The position numbers and the translations under genes were made by a program. The notes under the pieces were generated by a model. It ran no database searches. It was not told the DNA's origin and was given only the letters and a program-made list of their open reading frames with translations. 64,000 bases of DNA from Chiloscyllium plagiosum (Eukaryota). The DNA is taken from contig NC_057719.1 in assembly GCF_004010195.1 (NCBI RefSeq), positions 4,681,708-4,745,707 of the forward strand, written 5' to 3'. Shown here in pieces: positions 24,252 to 37,830 of this stretch (position 1 is its first letter; each line of letters begins with the position of its first letter).

Positions 24252-27200
24252 TAGGGGGAGGAAAGGGGACCGTCAGACAGTGCAGAAATCCCCTGTGGAC
24301 ATTCTCCTCAGCAATAAGTATACCGTTTTGGATACTGCTGGGGAGGATGATCTACCAGAGGAAAGCCATAGCAGTCAGTTCTCTGGCACTGAGCCTGACA
24401 CTGTGGCAAAGAAGGGAAGGGGACAGAATAGAAAAGCATTCGTGGTAGGGGACTCGATAGTTAGGGGAATCGACAGGAGGTTTTGTGGTCAGGATCGGGA
24501 TTCTGGGAAGGTATGTTGCCTCCCTGGTGCCAAGGTCCGGGACGTCTCCGATCGGGTGTATAAGGTTCTAAAAGGGGAGGGAGAACAGCCAGAAATCTTA
24601 TTACATATTGGCACTAATGATATAGCCAGGAAAAGGATCGAAGATATAAAAAGTGATTTCAGGGAGTTAGGATGGAAGCTGCAAAGCAGGACGTATAGAG
24701 TAGTGTTCTCTAGTTTACTACCGGTGCCATGAGATAGTGAGGCGAGGAACAGGGAACGGGTGCAGCTTAATACGTGGCTGCTTCAAATATGTAGATAATT
24801 GGGATGCCTTCTGGGAAAGGTGGGACCTGTACAAGAAGGACGGGTTGCATCTGAACTGGAAGGGGACCAATGTCCTGGGTGGAAGGTTTGCTGGAGTAGT
24901 TCGAGAGGGTTTAAACTAGTATGGCAGGGGGGTGGGAACCTGAGCTATATACCGGAGGTGAGAGTTGATGCAGATGAGGCAATAGCAAGAGGTAGACCAG
25001 CTAGTGGGAAGGATTTTCCTGGCAAGGAACCAAGGTATCAGTTAAAGTCTGTTTGCTTTAGCGCAAGGAGTATCAGGAATAAAAGTGACGAACTTAGAGC
25101 ATGGATCAGTACCTGGTGCTATGATGTTGTGGCCATAACAGAGACATGGGTTTCTCAGGGGCAGGGATAGTTGCTGGATGTTCCAGAGTTTAGAGCATTT
25201 AAAAAGAATAGGGAGGGGGGAAAAAGAGGAAGGGGTGTAGCACTACTAATCAGAGAGGGTATCACAGCTACAGAAGCTTCCATTGTCGAGGAAGATATGC
25301 CTTCCGAGTCAGTGTGGGTGGAAATTAGGAACAGCAAGGGAGCAGTCACCTCTTTAGGGGTTTGCGACAGGCCCCCCAATAGCAGCAGGGCGATGGAAGA
25401 AAGCATAGGTCGGCAGATTTTGGAAAAGTGTGGACGTAGTAGGGTTGTTGTAATGGGTGACTTTAACTTTCCCAATATTGATTGGAACCTCCTTCGAGCA
25501 GAAGATTTGAATGGAGCTGTTTTTGTAAGGTGTGTTCAGGAGGGTTTCCTAACTCAGTACGTTTGACAGGCCAACGAGGGGAGAGGCCATTCTAGACTTA
25601 GTGCTCGGAAACGAGCCGGGGCAGATATCAGATCTCGTGGTGGGAGAGCATTTTGGTGACAGTGACCACAACTGCCTCACATTCTACATTGCTATGGAGA
25701 AGGAGAGGATTAGGATATTTAATTGGGGAAGAGGAAACTATGATGCGATTAGACATGAGTTAGGAAGCATGGATTGGGAGCAATTGTTCCATGCTAAAGG
25801 CACTATAGCCATGTGGAGACTGTTTAAGGAACAGTTGTTGCAAGTGATGAATAAATATGTCTCTCTGAGACAGGCAAGAAGTGGTAAGATAAAGGAACCT
25901 TGGATGACATGAGCGGTGGAGCTTCTCGTCAAAAGGAAAAAGATAGCTTACATAAGGTGGAGGAAGCTAGGGTCAAGCTCAGCTCTACAGGATTACACAT
26001 AGGTGAGGGAGGAGCTTAAAAATAGTCTGAGAAGAGCCAGGAGAGGGCACGAGAAAGGCTTGGCAGAATGGATTAGGGAGAACACAATGGCATTTTACAC
26101 TTATATGAGGAATAAGAGAATGGTCAAAGAAAGAGTAGGGCCGATCAGGGATAGCATCGGGAATTTGTGTGTGGAGCCTGTGGAGCCTGAGGAGGTAGGG
26201 GAAGCCCTGAATAAGTTTTTTGCTTCTGTCTTTACGAAAGAAACGAACATTGTAGTGAACGAAACCTTTGAAGAGCAGGTGTGCATGCTGAAATGGGTAG
26301 AGATAGAGGAAGCTGATGTGCTGAAAATTTTGTCAAACATTAAGATTGACAAGTCGCCAGGCCCGGACCAGATTTGTCCTCGGTTGCTTTGGGAAACGAG
26401 AAATGCAATTGCTTCGCCACTTGTGAAGATCTTTTCATCTTCGCTCTCCACTGGAGTTGTATCTGAGGACTGGAGAGAGGCAAATGTAATTCCGCTCTTC
26501 AAGAAAGGAAATAGGGAAATCCCCAGCAATTACAGACCAGTAAGTCTCACGTCTGTCATCTGCAAGGTGTTAGAAAGGATTCTGAGGGATAGAATTTATG
26601 ACCATCTGGAAGAGCATGGCTTGATTAAATGCAGCCAACANNNNNNNNNNNNNNNNNNNNNNNNNNNNNNNNNNNNNNNNNNNNNNNNNNNNNNNNNNNN
26701 NNNNNNNNNNNNNNNNNNNNNNNNNNNNNNNNNNNNNNNNNNNNNNNNNNNNNNNNNNNNNNNNNNNNNNNNNNNNNNNNNNNNNNNNNNNNNNNNNNNN
26801 NNNNNNNNNNNNNNNNNNNNNNNNNNNNNNNNNNNNNNNNNNNNNNNNNNNNNNNNNNNNNNNNNNNNNNNNNNNNNNNNNNNNNNNNNNNNNNNNNNNN
26901 NNNNNNNNNNNNNNNNNNNNNNNNNNNNNNNNNNNNNNNNNNNNNNNNNNNNNNNNNNNNNNNNNNNNNNNNNNNNNNNNNNNNNNNNNNNNNNNNNNNN
27001 NNNNNNNNNNNNNNNNNNNNNNNNNNNNNNNNNNNNNNNNNNNNNNNNNNNNNNNNNNNNNNNNNNNNNNNNNNNNNNNNNNNNNNNNNNNNNNNNNNNN
27101 NNNNNNNNNNNNNNNNNNNNNNNNNNNNNNNNNNNNNNNNNNNNNNNNNNNNNNNNNNNNNNNNNNNNNNNNNNNNNNNNNNNNNNNNNNNNNNNNNNNN

Positions 27201-27630
27201 NNNNNNNNNNNNNNNNNNNNNNNNNNNNNNNNNNNNNNNNNNNNNNNNNNNNNNNNNNNNNNNNNNNNNNNNNNNNNNNNNNNNNNNNNNNNNNNNNNNN
27301 NNNNNNNNNNNNNNNNNNNNNNNNNNNNNNNNNNNNNNNNNNNNNNNNNNNNNNNNNNNNNNNNNNNNNNNNNNNNNNNNNNNNNNNNNNNNNNNNNNNN
27401 NNNAGGAAAGTATAGAGGGGATGTCAGAGGCGGGTTCTTTACAGAGAGTTGTGAGAACATGGAATGCGTTGCCAGCAGCAGTTGTGGAGGCAGGGTCATT
27501 GGGGACATTTAAGAGACTCCTGGACATGCATATGGTCACAGAAATCTGAGGGTGCATACATGAGGATCAGTGGTCGGCACAACATCGTGGGCTGAAGGGC
27601 CTGTTCTGTGCTGTACTGTTCTATGTTCTA
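24252..27630 (+). mobile_element. CR1 LINE with SGNH-esterase ORF1 and APE+RT ORF2 (stops; spans an assembly gap)
   Basis: VVGDSIVRG, CCLPGA, LHIGTND, DGLHLN (GDSL/SGNH); SARSI, AITETW, VMGDFN, SDH (APE); DKSPGPD, NYRPVSLTS; tail tgttctatgttct at about 27617-27630. Confidence 0.92.
26641..27403. other. Assembly gap (N run)
   Basis: Run of n. Confidence 1.
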
Positions 27631-29965
27631 AACCTGCTTCATTACTCATTACGAGATCCAAGATAGCCTTTTCCCTGATTGGCTCAATGGCACATTGCTT
27701 CATGATTTTGTTATCATAGCTCCACTTTCCAATTTGTTAACTCAATCAATATAAAGATTAAAGTCACCTTTAATTATTGCTCTATTCTTTTTACATATTC
27801 ATATTATTTGTTGCTTTATAGCCTTTCCCACAGAATAGCTACTATTTGTTTGGGGATCTGCACACCACTCCTATTAATGTTTTCTTTCGCTTGCTGCACC
27901 CAACTGGACTGTACATCATCTGAGCCTAGATCTTCTCTCTCTACCATCCTAATTTCATCTCTTATTAATAGCGCTTCTCCATCTATGTTCATCCCTTCTG
28001 TGTCTCAGAAACATCAAATATCCCTGAATGTTAAGCCCCCAATTTTGATCTCCTTGTAATCATACTTTTCATAATGGCTCTGAGATCATATTCATTTTCC
28101 TCAGTTTGTGCCATCAGTTCACCTACCTTATTCAAAATGTTTGCAAATTAGGATAAGCCTTTAAGTTTGATCTATTATCAAGTTTCCGGACACTGTATGG
28201 TTCCTTGATGCAAAATGACATTCTCACATTCTGTCCCTTCTTTTCTGCTAACCATCAGCCCCTTGGCTACCTGTAATCCCACCTTCTCCTTTATTTTTGA
28301 TTTTCTAATTTTGCAAGCAACTGAACCCTCCCCCAACAATTTAGTTTAAAATTCTGCCTACAGCACTAATTTTATGCAATTTGCCAGGAGTCTGTTCCCA
28401 GCATGATTCAGGCAGAGCTAGTCCCATTGGAACTGCTTCCTCCACCAGTACTGCTGTCAATGTCCCGTGAATTCATAACTGCTTCTCCCACAATAAACTG
28501 CATCAGTTGTGTTTCTGCTGTGTGGTTTAGTGTTTTCCATCATGTCCTTTATCCTCTGCCATTATTTAATGTAAGTTTGGGCTCCTGTGCCTTTCACATT
28601 TTATTTCTTGAAATGCACTTTGATTATGAAGAATTAACTGTTTGGTGATATGCCTGAGCATTGGAACTGTAACCAGAGAGGCAGTAACATCGTGGAAGAT
28701 TATAACACATTGTTATAAAACCATTTTGAGAGTGTAATCCTCTGCAAATATGTAATGTGCAGCTGCTCAAAACTACCAAATCCAACTAGTTTAAATAATA
28801 TGCTAGTGATTTTGTAATTATTTAAAATGTAATAATTTATTCTTCTGGACTTCCTGCATTTTGCATTGTAAAGGAAGGGTAGTCCCTTATCCTGTGACTG
28901 GTGAACTTTGCTATCCTGATTTCTGTTTACTGTTGAGGCAATACAAGATACAGTGTGATCAGGGCTGACCCTCATCATTTGAAACCATTTTGGTTGCACA
29001 TACTGGGGGAAGGGAATTGGCTAATGCAGCTTTTGTTATGCAACTCCCCTGATTTGAGAAAAGATGCTGTAGATTAAACTGGATTATGCATAAAATGGTA
29101 AGACACATAGAAACGTTATATAAAAAAGGAAAATGATCAACATGGTAGGACATGATAATTTACATTATTGTTATAACTAAGGTGTATGTTATACTTCCAA
29201 ATTTGGAAAGTTGTATTTTCTCCAGTGTCAATTACTGGTAGCCCAGTAGAAAATATTGCTCAGTCATGCGTGTTGCAATATTTTTTTTCCCAACATTCTG
29301 AATTCCTCCAATGTGTTGGGTGGTGCTGGTGCATGTAGATTGGAAGCCTGTGTTCAAACCCTGCTCTAGTTAACCTCTCTGAGCAGTTGGTATCTACCTG
29401 GCAGATACAGTCAATACATGCAGGGAAAAAAGCAGTCAAGGTTCTCTACTGATAATCACTTTTCAGCATTCACTGTTGGAATGTGCAAGCATGGATAATA
29501 GGAAAGACGGAGAAATACTTTTGTTTAATTCATTCATGGGGCATGGACGTTGTTGGCTGGCCAGCATTTATTGCTGTTTCACTAGTTGCCCTTGAGAAGG
29601 TGGTGGTGGTGAGCTACCCTCTTGAACCACTGCAGTCCACTGCTATGAACTGACCCGTAATGCCATGAGGGAGAGATTTCCAGGATTTGACACAGCGACA
29701 GTGAAGGAATGGAAATACACTTTGAATTCAGGATCATGAGTGGCTTGGAGGAGAACAGGCAGATGGTGGTGTTCCCATGTACATGCTGCCCTTGTCCCTC
29801 TCAGTGGAGGTGGTTGTGGATTTGGAAGGTGCTGCATAATGGTCTTTGGTGAATTTCTGCAGTGCATCTTGTAGATAGTACACACTGCTGCTGCTACTGA
29901 GCATTGGTGGTGGAAGGAGTGGATGTTGATGGAAGTGGTGCCAATCAAGTGGACTGCTTTGTCCT

Positions 29966-30208
29966 AGAACATAGAAGAAGAATACAGCGAAGTAGAGGCC
30001 CTTTGGCCCTCGATGTTGCGCCGATCCAAGCCCACCTAACCTATACTAACCCACTATCCTCCATATTACTATCCAATGCCCGCTTAAATGCCCATAAAGA
30101 GGGAGAGTCCACCACTGCTACTGGCAGGGCATTCCATGAGCTTACGACTCGCTGAGTGAAGAACCTACCCCTAACTTCAGTCCTATATCTACCCCCCCTT
30201 AATCTACC
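29966..30208 (-). mobile_element. Young CR1 3' fragment
   Basis: RGRFFTQRVVSSWNALP; tail agaacatagaa; nearly identical to 34218-34460. Confidence 0.85.
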
Positions 30209-31106
30209 CTCCTGATTAGTGTCAGACTTCTTGAGTGTTGTTGGGGCTGTGCCCATGCAGGTGACAGGAGTATTCCATCACACTCCTGATTGTGCCTTCA
30301 AGGTGATGGACAGGATTTGAATAGTAAGAAGATGAGTTACTCGCTGCAGTATTCCAAGCCTCTGACCTGGTCTTGTAGGCACTGTGTTTATATGGTTTCT
30401 GGTCAGTGATAACCCCACAGGTATTGAGAGTTGGGTATTCGGTGATGGTAACACCATTGTATATCAAGGGGTGAGGGTCAGATTCCCTCTTATTGGAGAT
30501 GGGCATTGCCTGGCATTCGTGTCGTGTGAATGTTACTTGACATTTGTCAGCTTCAGCCTGCATATTGTCCAGATCTTTATTGCATTTGGACATGGACTGC
30601 TTCAGTATCTCAGGAGTCATGAATGGTGCTGAACATTGTGCAATCGTTGGTGAACATCCCCATTTCTGACCCCTCAATGGAGGAAAAATCAGTGGTGAAG
30701 TGGTAGAAGATGGTTGGACCTAGGGCACTCCTGCAAAGATGTCCTGGAGCTGAGGGGACCAATCTTCAGCATTAACAGTCATGTTCCTATGTATCATGTA
30801 TCACTCCAGCTAGCAGACAATTTGCCCCCGATATCCATTGATTCCAGTTTTGGTTGGACTCTTTGATGCCAGTCTTGGTTGATGTGAAGGGCTGCCACTG
30901 TGATGTCACCTATGATATTCGGCTATTTTTGTCAGTGTTTGAACCAAGGCTGTAATGAGGTCAGGAGCTGAGTGGCCCTGGTGGAACCATTTTGGATATC
31001 ACTGAACAGGTTATTGCTGAGCAGATACTGTTTGATAGCACTGTTGATGACGCCTTCCATCACCTTACTGATGATTAAAAGTAGGATTGGGTGGTAATTG
31101 GCTGAG

Positions 31107-32999
31107 CAAAACTGAGGACTGCAGATGCTGGAAACCAGAGTCTAGATTAGAGTGGTGCTGGAAAAGCATAGTAGGTCAGGCAGCATCCTAGGAGCAGGAA
31201 AATCGACGTTTTGGGCAAAAGCCCTTCATCAGGAATGGAGGCAGGGAGCCTCCAGGGTGAAGAGATAAATGGGGACGCTGGGGAGAAGGTAGCAAAGAGT
31301 ACAATAGGTGAATGGGGGTGAGGATGGAGGTGATAAGTCAGAGAGGAGGGTGGGGGAAGGTAGCAAAAAGTACAATGGGTGGATGGAGGTGGGGATGAAG
31401 GTGATAGGTCAGTGGGGAGGGTGGAGTGGATTGGTGGGAAGGGAGATTGGCAGGTAGGACAGGTCATGAGGACGGTGCTGAGCTGGTGTAACTACGGAAG
31501 GTGGACTGTTCTACGTCGGGTGGTGAGGGAGTGGCGGTGGAGGAGTCCTAAGACCTGCATGTCCTCGGCAGAGTGGGAGGGGGAGTTGAAGTGTTGGGCC
31601 ACGGGGCGGTGGGGTGTCCCGGAGATGTTCCCTAAAGAGCACTGCGAAGAGGCGTCCAGTCTCCCCAATGTAGAGGAGACCGCATTGGGAGCAACGGATT
31701 CAATAAATGACATTGGATGTGCAGGTGAAACTTTGGATGTGGAAGGTTCCTTTGGGGCCTTGGATGGAGGTGAGGGAGGAGGTGTGGACACTGGTTTTGC
31801 AATTCCTGCGGTGGCAGGGGAAGGTGGCAGGAGGGGAGGGTGGATTGTTCGGGGGAGTGGACCTGACCGGGTAATCATGGAGAGAACGGTCTTTGCGGAA
31901 AGGGGTGGGGAGGGAAATATATCCCTGGTGATGGGGTCTGTTTGGAGGTGGCAGAAATGTCAGCGGATGATGCGGTTAATGCGAAGGTTGGTAGGGTGGA
32001 AAGTGAGGACCAGGGGGTTCTGTCCTTGTTATGGTTGGAGGGATGGGGTTTGAGGGCAGAGGTGTGGCATATGGATGAGATGCGTCGGAGGGCATTTTTA
32101 ACCACATGGGAAGGGAAATTGCAATCTTTAAAGAAGGAGGCCATCTGGTGTGTTCTGTGGTGGAACTGGTCCACCTGGGAGCAGATACGGCAGAGGTTTT
32201 AGGAATACGGGATGGCATTTTTGCAGGAGGTAGGGTGAGAAGAGGTGTAATCCAGGTAGCTGTGGGAGTTGGTGGGTTTGTAAAAAATGTCAGTGTCAAG
32301 TCGGCTGTCATTAATGGAGATGGAAAGGTCCAGGAAGTGGAGGGAGGTGTCAGAGATGGTCCAGGTGAATTTAAGGTCGGAGTGGAATGCGTTGAAGTTG
32401 ATGAATTGCTTAACATTCTCGTGGGAGCACAAGGTGGCGCCGATGCAGTCATCAATGTAGCGGAGGAAGAGGTGGGGAGTGGTGCTGGTGTAACTACGGA
32501 AGATGGACTGCTCTACGTAGCCGACAAAGAGACAAGCCGAGCTGGGGCCCATACGGGTGCCCATGGCTCCCCCTTTGGTCTGGAGGAAGTGGGAGGATTC
32601 GAAGGAAAAATTGTTATGGGCAAGGACCAGTTCAGCTAAATAAATGAGAGTGTCAGTGGAAGGGTACTGTTGGGAATGTCGGGAGAGGAAAAAGCGGAGG
32701 ACTTGGAGGCCCTGGTCATGGCGGATGGAGGTGTAGAAGGACTGGATGTCCATGGTGAAGATGAGGCGTTGGGAGCTGGGGAAACGGAAGTCTTGGTGGA
32801 GGTGGAGGGTGTGGGTGGTGTCTCGAATGTATGTGGGGAGTTCCTGGACGAGGGGAGGATAGGACAATATCGAGGTAGGTGGAGATGAGTTCGGTGCAGC
32901 AGGACCATGCTGAGATAATGGGCCAGCTGGGGTGGTCAGACTTGTGGATCTTGGGTAGGAGGTAGAATTGGGCAGTGCGGGGTTCCTGGACTACGAGTT
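31107..32999 (-). mobile_element. Penelope-like retroelement (RT + GIY-YIG remnant) with 15 bp TSD
   Basis: FYLLPKIHK, FTMDIQSFYTSI, QTKGGAMGTRMGP, FLRYIDDC, FLDLSI, YLDYTSSHP; TSD tggtaattggctgag at 31092-31106 and 33000-33014; terminal hammerhead-like core at about 31205-31232. Confidence 0.9.
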
Positions 33000-33773
33000 T
33001 GGTAATTGGCTGAGTTGGATTTGTCTTGCGTTTTGTGTTCAGGATGTATCTGGACGATTTTCCACATTGGTAGTATTGGAAGTGTACTGGAAGAGCTTGG
33101 CTTGGGGCGCAGCATGTCCTGGAGCACAAGTCTTCATTACTATTGCTGGAATGTTGTCAGGACCCATAGTCTTTACACTATCTATTGTCTCCAACTGTTT
33201 CTTGGTATCACATGGAGTGACAGATGGTATCTGTATTACTGGGGATTGCTAGAGGAGGCCGCTATGGAATGTCTACTCAGCACTTTTGGTTGAAGATTGC
33301 TGCGAGTATTTCAACCTTAACTTTTGTGCTAATGCGTTAGGCTCTTCCATCATTGAGGATGGGATATTCATGGAGCCACCTCCTCCAGTAAGTTGTTTAA
33401 TTGGCCAGAACCATTCACGACTGGATGTAGCAAGAGTGCAGAGTTTTGATATGATTTTTTTGGTTGTGGGATTGCTTAGCTCTATCACTTGTTGCTTATG
33501 CTGTTTGGCACGCAAGTAGTCCTGTTTGGTAGCTTCACCAGAAGCAACTGCACAGGTGAATAGCTGCTGGTATTCATTGCATATATCAGAGGTGAAGTTA
33601 TTCAGTTGGTAAGAGGCTCGAGGAGCTGAGTTAGTATTTACCAACTTAATTTAACACCTTTAGAAACATAATCCTCTGCAGCTGACGAAGGCAGTTTTAT
33701 GCAATTGTTTTAGTCAAGCAGCAAAAAGCACAAATTGCTACCCTGTTTAATGTCTATTTTTTTTCTTTTTTAG

Positions 33774-33829
33774 GTTCTCTTCTTCTTGAATCCAAAATAA
33801 ATCCTAATACAGCATATCAAAAACAGCAG
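33774..33829 (+). CDS. PPP4R3: Internal coding exon (probably coding exon 2) of PP4 regulatory subunit 3 (SMEK), EVH1 domain
   Basis: Polypyrimidine tract + AG at 33772-33773 and GTAAGG donor at 33830. The 56 nt phase 1-0 exon reads (G)SLLLESKINPNTAYQKQQ, matching vertebrate SMEK1/SMEK2 as recalled. Paralogue A vs B not resolvable here. Confidence 0.95.
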
Positions 33830-34217
33830 GTAAGGACATGGATACATGCAGGTTATAGTTTGACATTGATACAGTCCAATTGATTAACTTTAGCTATCAA
33901 TCTGATTACACTTCAAATTTAATATTACTTATCCTTGTGTTTACATCCCTTCATTGATTTGTCACTATCTATCTTCTAGCCCATTGAGGTATCTAACTAT
34001 GTGCAGCCATAATATTCTATATACTGCTTTTGGCAGCTATTGTTTCAAGTACTAGTTAATTACTGAAAAGCACTACTAACAGCGATTATACAAGGCAAAG
34101 TAAGTTAGTTTCTTGATGTAACTTAAAAAAAAGTCAAGGATTCCGGGTGTCAGTCAAGAAAATACAGTTGAGACCACAACCAGATCAGTGTGATCTTAAG
34201 GAATGAAGGACAAAGGT

Positions 34218-35122
34218 AGAACATAGAAGAATACAGCGTAGTACAGGCCCTTCAGCCCTCGATGTTGCGCCGATCCAAGCCCACCTGACCTACACTAGCC
34301 CACTATCCTCCATATGCTTATCCAATGCCCGCTTAAATGCCCATAATGAGGGAGAGTCCACCACTGCTACTGGCAGGGCATTCCATGAACTCACGACTCG
34401 CTGAGTAAAGAACCTACCCCTAACATCTGTCCTATACCTACCCCCCCTTAATTTAAAGCTATGCCCACTTGTAATAGCTGANNNNNNNNNNNNNNNNNNN
34501 NNNNNNNNNNNNNNNNNNNNNNNNNNNNNNNNNNNNNNNNNNNNNNNNNNNNNNNNNNNNNNNNNNNNNNNNNNNNNNNNNNNNNNNNNNNNNNNNNNNN
34601 NNNNNNNNNNNNNNNNNNNNNNNNNNNNNNNNNNNNNNNNNNNTTAGTCCAGTACCCCATCTTTTTGTTACTCTTATCAAAGTGAATCACCTCACACTTA
34701 GCTACATTGAACTCCATTTGCCACCTTTCTGCCCAGTTCTGCAGCTTATCTATATCCCGCTGTAACCTGCCACATCCTTCCTCACTGTCTACAACTCCTC
34801 CGACTTTCGTATCATCCGCCAACTTGCTCACCCAACCTTCTAACCCCTCCTCCAGGTCATTTATAAAAATGACAAACAGCAATGGTCTCAAAACAGATCC
34901 TTGCGGAACACCGCTAGTGACGGCACTCCAAGATGAACCTTTGCTATCAACTACTACCCTCGGTCTTCTTCCAGCCAGCCAGCCAACGCCTAATCCAAAC
35001 CTCCAACACACCCTCAATACCATACCTCCGTATTTTTTGCAGTAGTCTACCATGGGGATCCTTATCAAACGCCTTACTAAATCCATATACACCACATCTA
35101 CCGCTTTCCCCTCGTCCACCTC
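34218..35122 (-). mobile_element. Young CR1 3' portion (spans a gap)
   Basis: [34 protein letters not shown]1 tail. Confidence 0.9.
34482..34643. other. Assembly gap (N run)
   Basis: Run of n. Confidence 1.
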
Positions 35123-35744
35123 CTAAGTCCTATGTTCCCATATCTTGTGTTTGTAAGAAGAGGATTAAAAACTGAAAAAAATTCCTGGACCTGGCGACCT
35201 ACGTCCAAATGTTGTCAAAAGATGTTGCTGCATAGGCAATGAACACATTTGTTCTATTGCTTCAAAAACACTGAAGAATGGTTTGAGTGTTAGGAAATAT
35301 CTCACTTGTTATGATGTAGATAGTGGCCATATGGTTCACCATGTCCACACTGGTGCACTGAGCATCATAGCTGCTTGCCCTTTGCGTGTAACCCTGCAGG
35401 TTAAGTGAGCATTATCTAAATAAAAAGAAATGCCTCAGTTGAACTTGCCTTCACAATATATCCAGGCATTGCATTCTAGATCCGAACTACTCGCATTGCA
35501 TTTACCACTTTTGCAAATTACTTTTTGAATCTATGCCATCTAGATCTTGATTTTTTTTTTATGAATCGGAATAGTTTCTCCCTGTCTGTTCTATCCAGAC
35601 CCCTCCCATCTTTTTTAAAATCATCAATAAATCTTCTCCTTGCCAAGATAAGCAGTCCATATCTCTCTAATTAGTCTTCATGAGTGGGATTTCTTGTCCG
35701 TGCAGCCATTCACAGAAACAGAATATGCTGCATGTCTAATGAAA

Positions 35745-36630
35745 GGGGCAGCACAGTAGCTCAGTGGTTAGCACTGCTACCTTGCAGCGCCAGGGACCCT
35801 GGTTTGATTCCACCCTCAGGCAACTGCTTATGTGGAGTTTGCACATTCCCCCTTGCTCTATGTGGGTTTCCACCAGGTGCTCCTGTTGTCCCATTTCCCC
35901 TCACAGTCAGAGCAAAACCCTCAGACTGTGTAGTTTTACCTCCTTAATCTTTATTCCAGGCCCTGGAGGATCACCCACATGTACAGGGACATGAGATCAC
36001 GGTCTTCTCTGGAACAGCAGTTTCTTAGTGAATTATATAGTCATTTTATAGGGAGGAGCATCTAGATAAGGCAACATACATATTGATTGGGTGACCATTG
36101 CAATCAGTGAGTGTCAATAGCAAAGATTAAGCCATCTGGTATTACACAGTGAATGTTCTTAACCCTAACTGGCTTCACATAGTGAATACTTTTCGCCTTG
36201 TTAAACTGACCTTACATATTGAATGCTTCCAATATTGTTAAATGGCTCTACATCATGAATGCTTTTCCACCTTGTTAACCCGTTACCCTTGCCTCCAGCA
36301 CCCCATTGTTAACTGCAAGTTCTTATCTGATCTGAGTCATGCTCAGCTGAACTCTCTTGTTTCACAAAACTCAGAATTTAACACTTTCCCTGCCTGCTTA
36401 TACCCTACACACATTCTCACCCTGATTGCCTCCCACAATCTAAACATATGAGATTAGGTGGATTGGCCATAGTGTTCATGGATGTGCTGGCTAGGTGGAT
36501 TAGCCGTGGGAAGTGCATGGTTACAGGGGTAGGGTAGGGAATGGACCTGGATGGGATACTCTTCGGAGAATTGGTATGGACTCAATACACTTAATGGCCT
36601 GCTTCCTCACTGTGGGCATTCTGTGATTCT
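35745..36630 (+). mobile_element. HE1-like SINE split by a solo LTR
   Basis: 5' half ggggcagcacagtagctcagtggttagcac...ccaggtgctcc (to 35883); 3' half resumes at 36420 with ..cctcccacaatctaaa.. and ends in a ctgtgattct tail. Confidence 0.8.
35884..36419 (-). mobile_element. ERV solo LTR (copy 2)
   Basis: TG...CA ends; minus-strand TATAAAA (36044-36050) and AATAAA (35950-35955); homologous to 14518-15060. Confidence 0.85.
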
Positions 36631-36779
36631 GTACAAGATGTGTTAACAAGGTATTTTGAAAATCATAATGGGATTTGGCAGAATGAACATCGCTTTCAGA
36701 CATTGTTATATCTGACAAATTCGTTGAAGTTTTTAAAATAATGTAATTAACAGGATTAAATAGCATATCTAGGCTTTGT

Positions 36780-37830
36780 CAAAGTGCTTCATAAAAGGTT
36801 ATAGCACAGCATTCATGAGATTTGACTAGAGTATCGGTTCACAAAACAACATGAGCTATGATTCTCTAATGGGACATTTTCAAATTGACAAGCTGTAACG
36901 ACTGGGTGCCACAAGGTTCAGTATTGTGGCTTTAACTACTTACAACTTGTAATCACTTGAGTAAATGCATTGTGAGTTAAGTTTTAAGTTTCTTAAGTTT
37001 TATTGTACAAGTTAAGTGGGACAATATTTGAAACATGAAGTTGTACTGAGAAATGAGCAGGTTAAGTGAGTGGGCAATAAACTGGCGGATTGAGTATGAA
37101 GTGGCGAAATATGTGGCTATGCACATTTGTAGGAAGAATAGAATTTTTTTTAAAAGCATTGAGAAATTTTAAATTTGTCCTTTGGTGAGGTTTAGGTATC
37201 CTTGTCCAAGAAAAAGCAGAAATGTAATATTGCAGGTATAGCAAGTGTTTAGAAAGATAAATTGTATGTTGGCTGTTTGCAAGGAACTGGAGTATGTGTT
37301 AAGGGAATTATTGCTACACTAATACATGGTATGAATGAAAGCACACCTGGAGTCCTTTAATATTTTGATCTCCTTTTCTAAACAAACATATAATTGAATT
37401 GGAGATGGTATAGGTCAAGAGGTCAGGGGATTAATTACAGGAATGACAGAGTTATTCATTGTGCCAATATTGGAATTTAGAAGAATAAAATAGTTAATTC
37501 TTTTATAATAGTTATGTTATTGTGCAACTCCATGTTATAGAAAAATTGCACTTTAGAATCAGTGCTTAGTGTTGGCGATGTAACTGCATTATAGCCAACA
37601 CAAGTTTTAAAATTTTGCACTTTAGAAACATGTCCCCAGTTCATCAATTCCGTTACAGCAAATTTACGTCGATGAAACAAGCGTTATTGCAGGACGACCT
37701 GTATAATTTTACTGTATTCATGGACTTCACAGGGTAGATGCAAAGAAGCTTCCTTGGCTGGAGAATTTTGAATCAGAGGCCATGATAATGGATAGCTCAG
37801 TTAAGGCTGACATGATAAATTTCTTCACGA
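36780..37830 (+). mobile_element. Highly degraded CR1 RT fragment with a probable MITE inserted at about 37500-37702
   Basis: gtgccacaaggttcagtattg (VPQGSVL) and later decayed CR1 motifs. Confidence 0.5.

Larger units (their letters stand above)
29520..33600 (-). mobile_element. L2/Crack-like LINE (CR1 superfamily), split by nested CR1 and Penelope insertions
   Basis: Remnants AVCTIYKMHC, IRSVMEYS, DLDNMQAEADKCQVTF, SSREWFWPIKQLTG; same family as 46370-47760. Exact clade uncertain. Confidence 0.65.

Noticed and set aside
26003..27557. Long ORFs of 300-470 aa (also 34448-35119 and 37989-38894)
   Set aside because: Their length comes from translating N gaps; the real parts are CR1 fragments.
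32199..32867. Retron, group II intron or telomerase RT
   Set aside because: Motifs, GIY-YIG linkage, terminus and TSD fit a Penelope-like element; frameshifted and dead.
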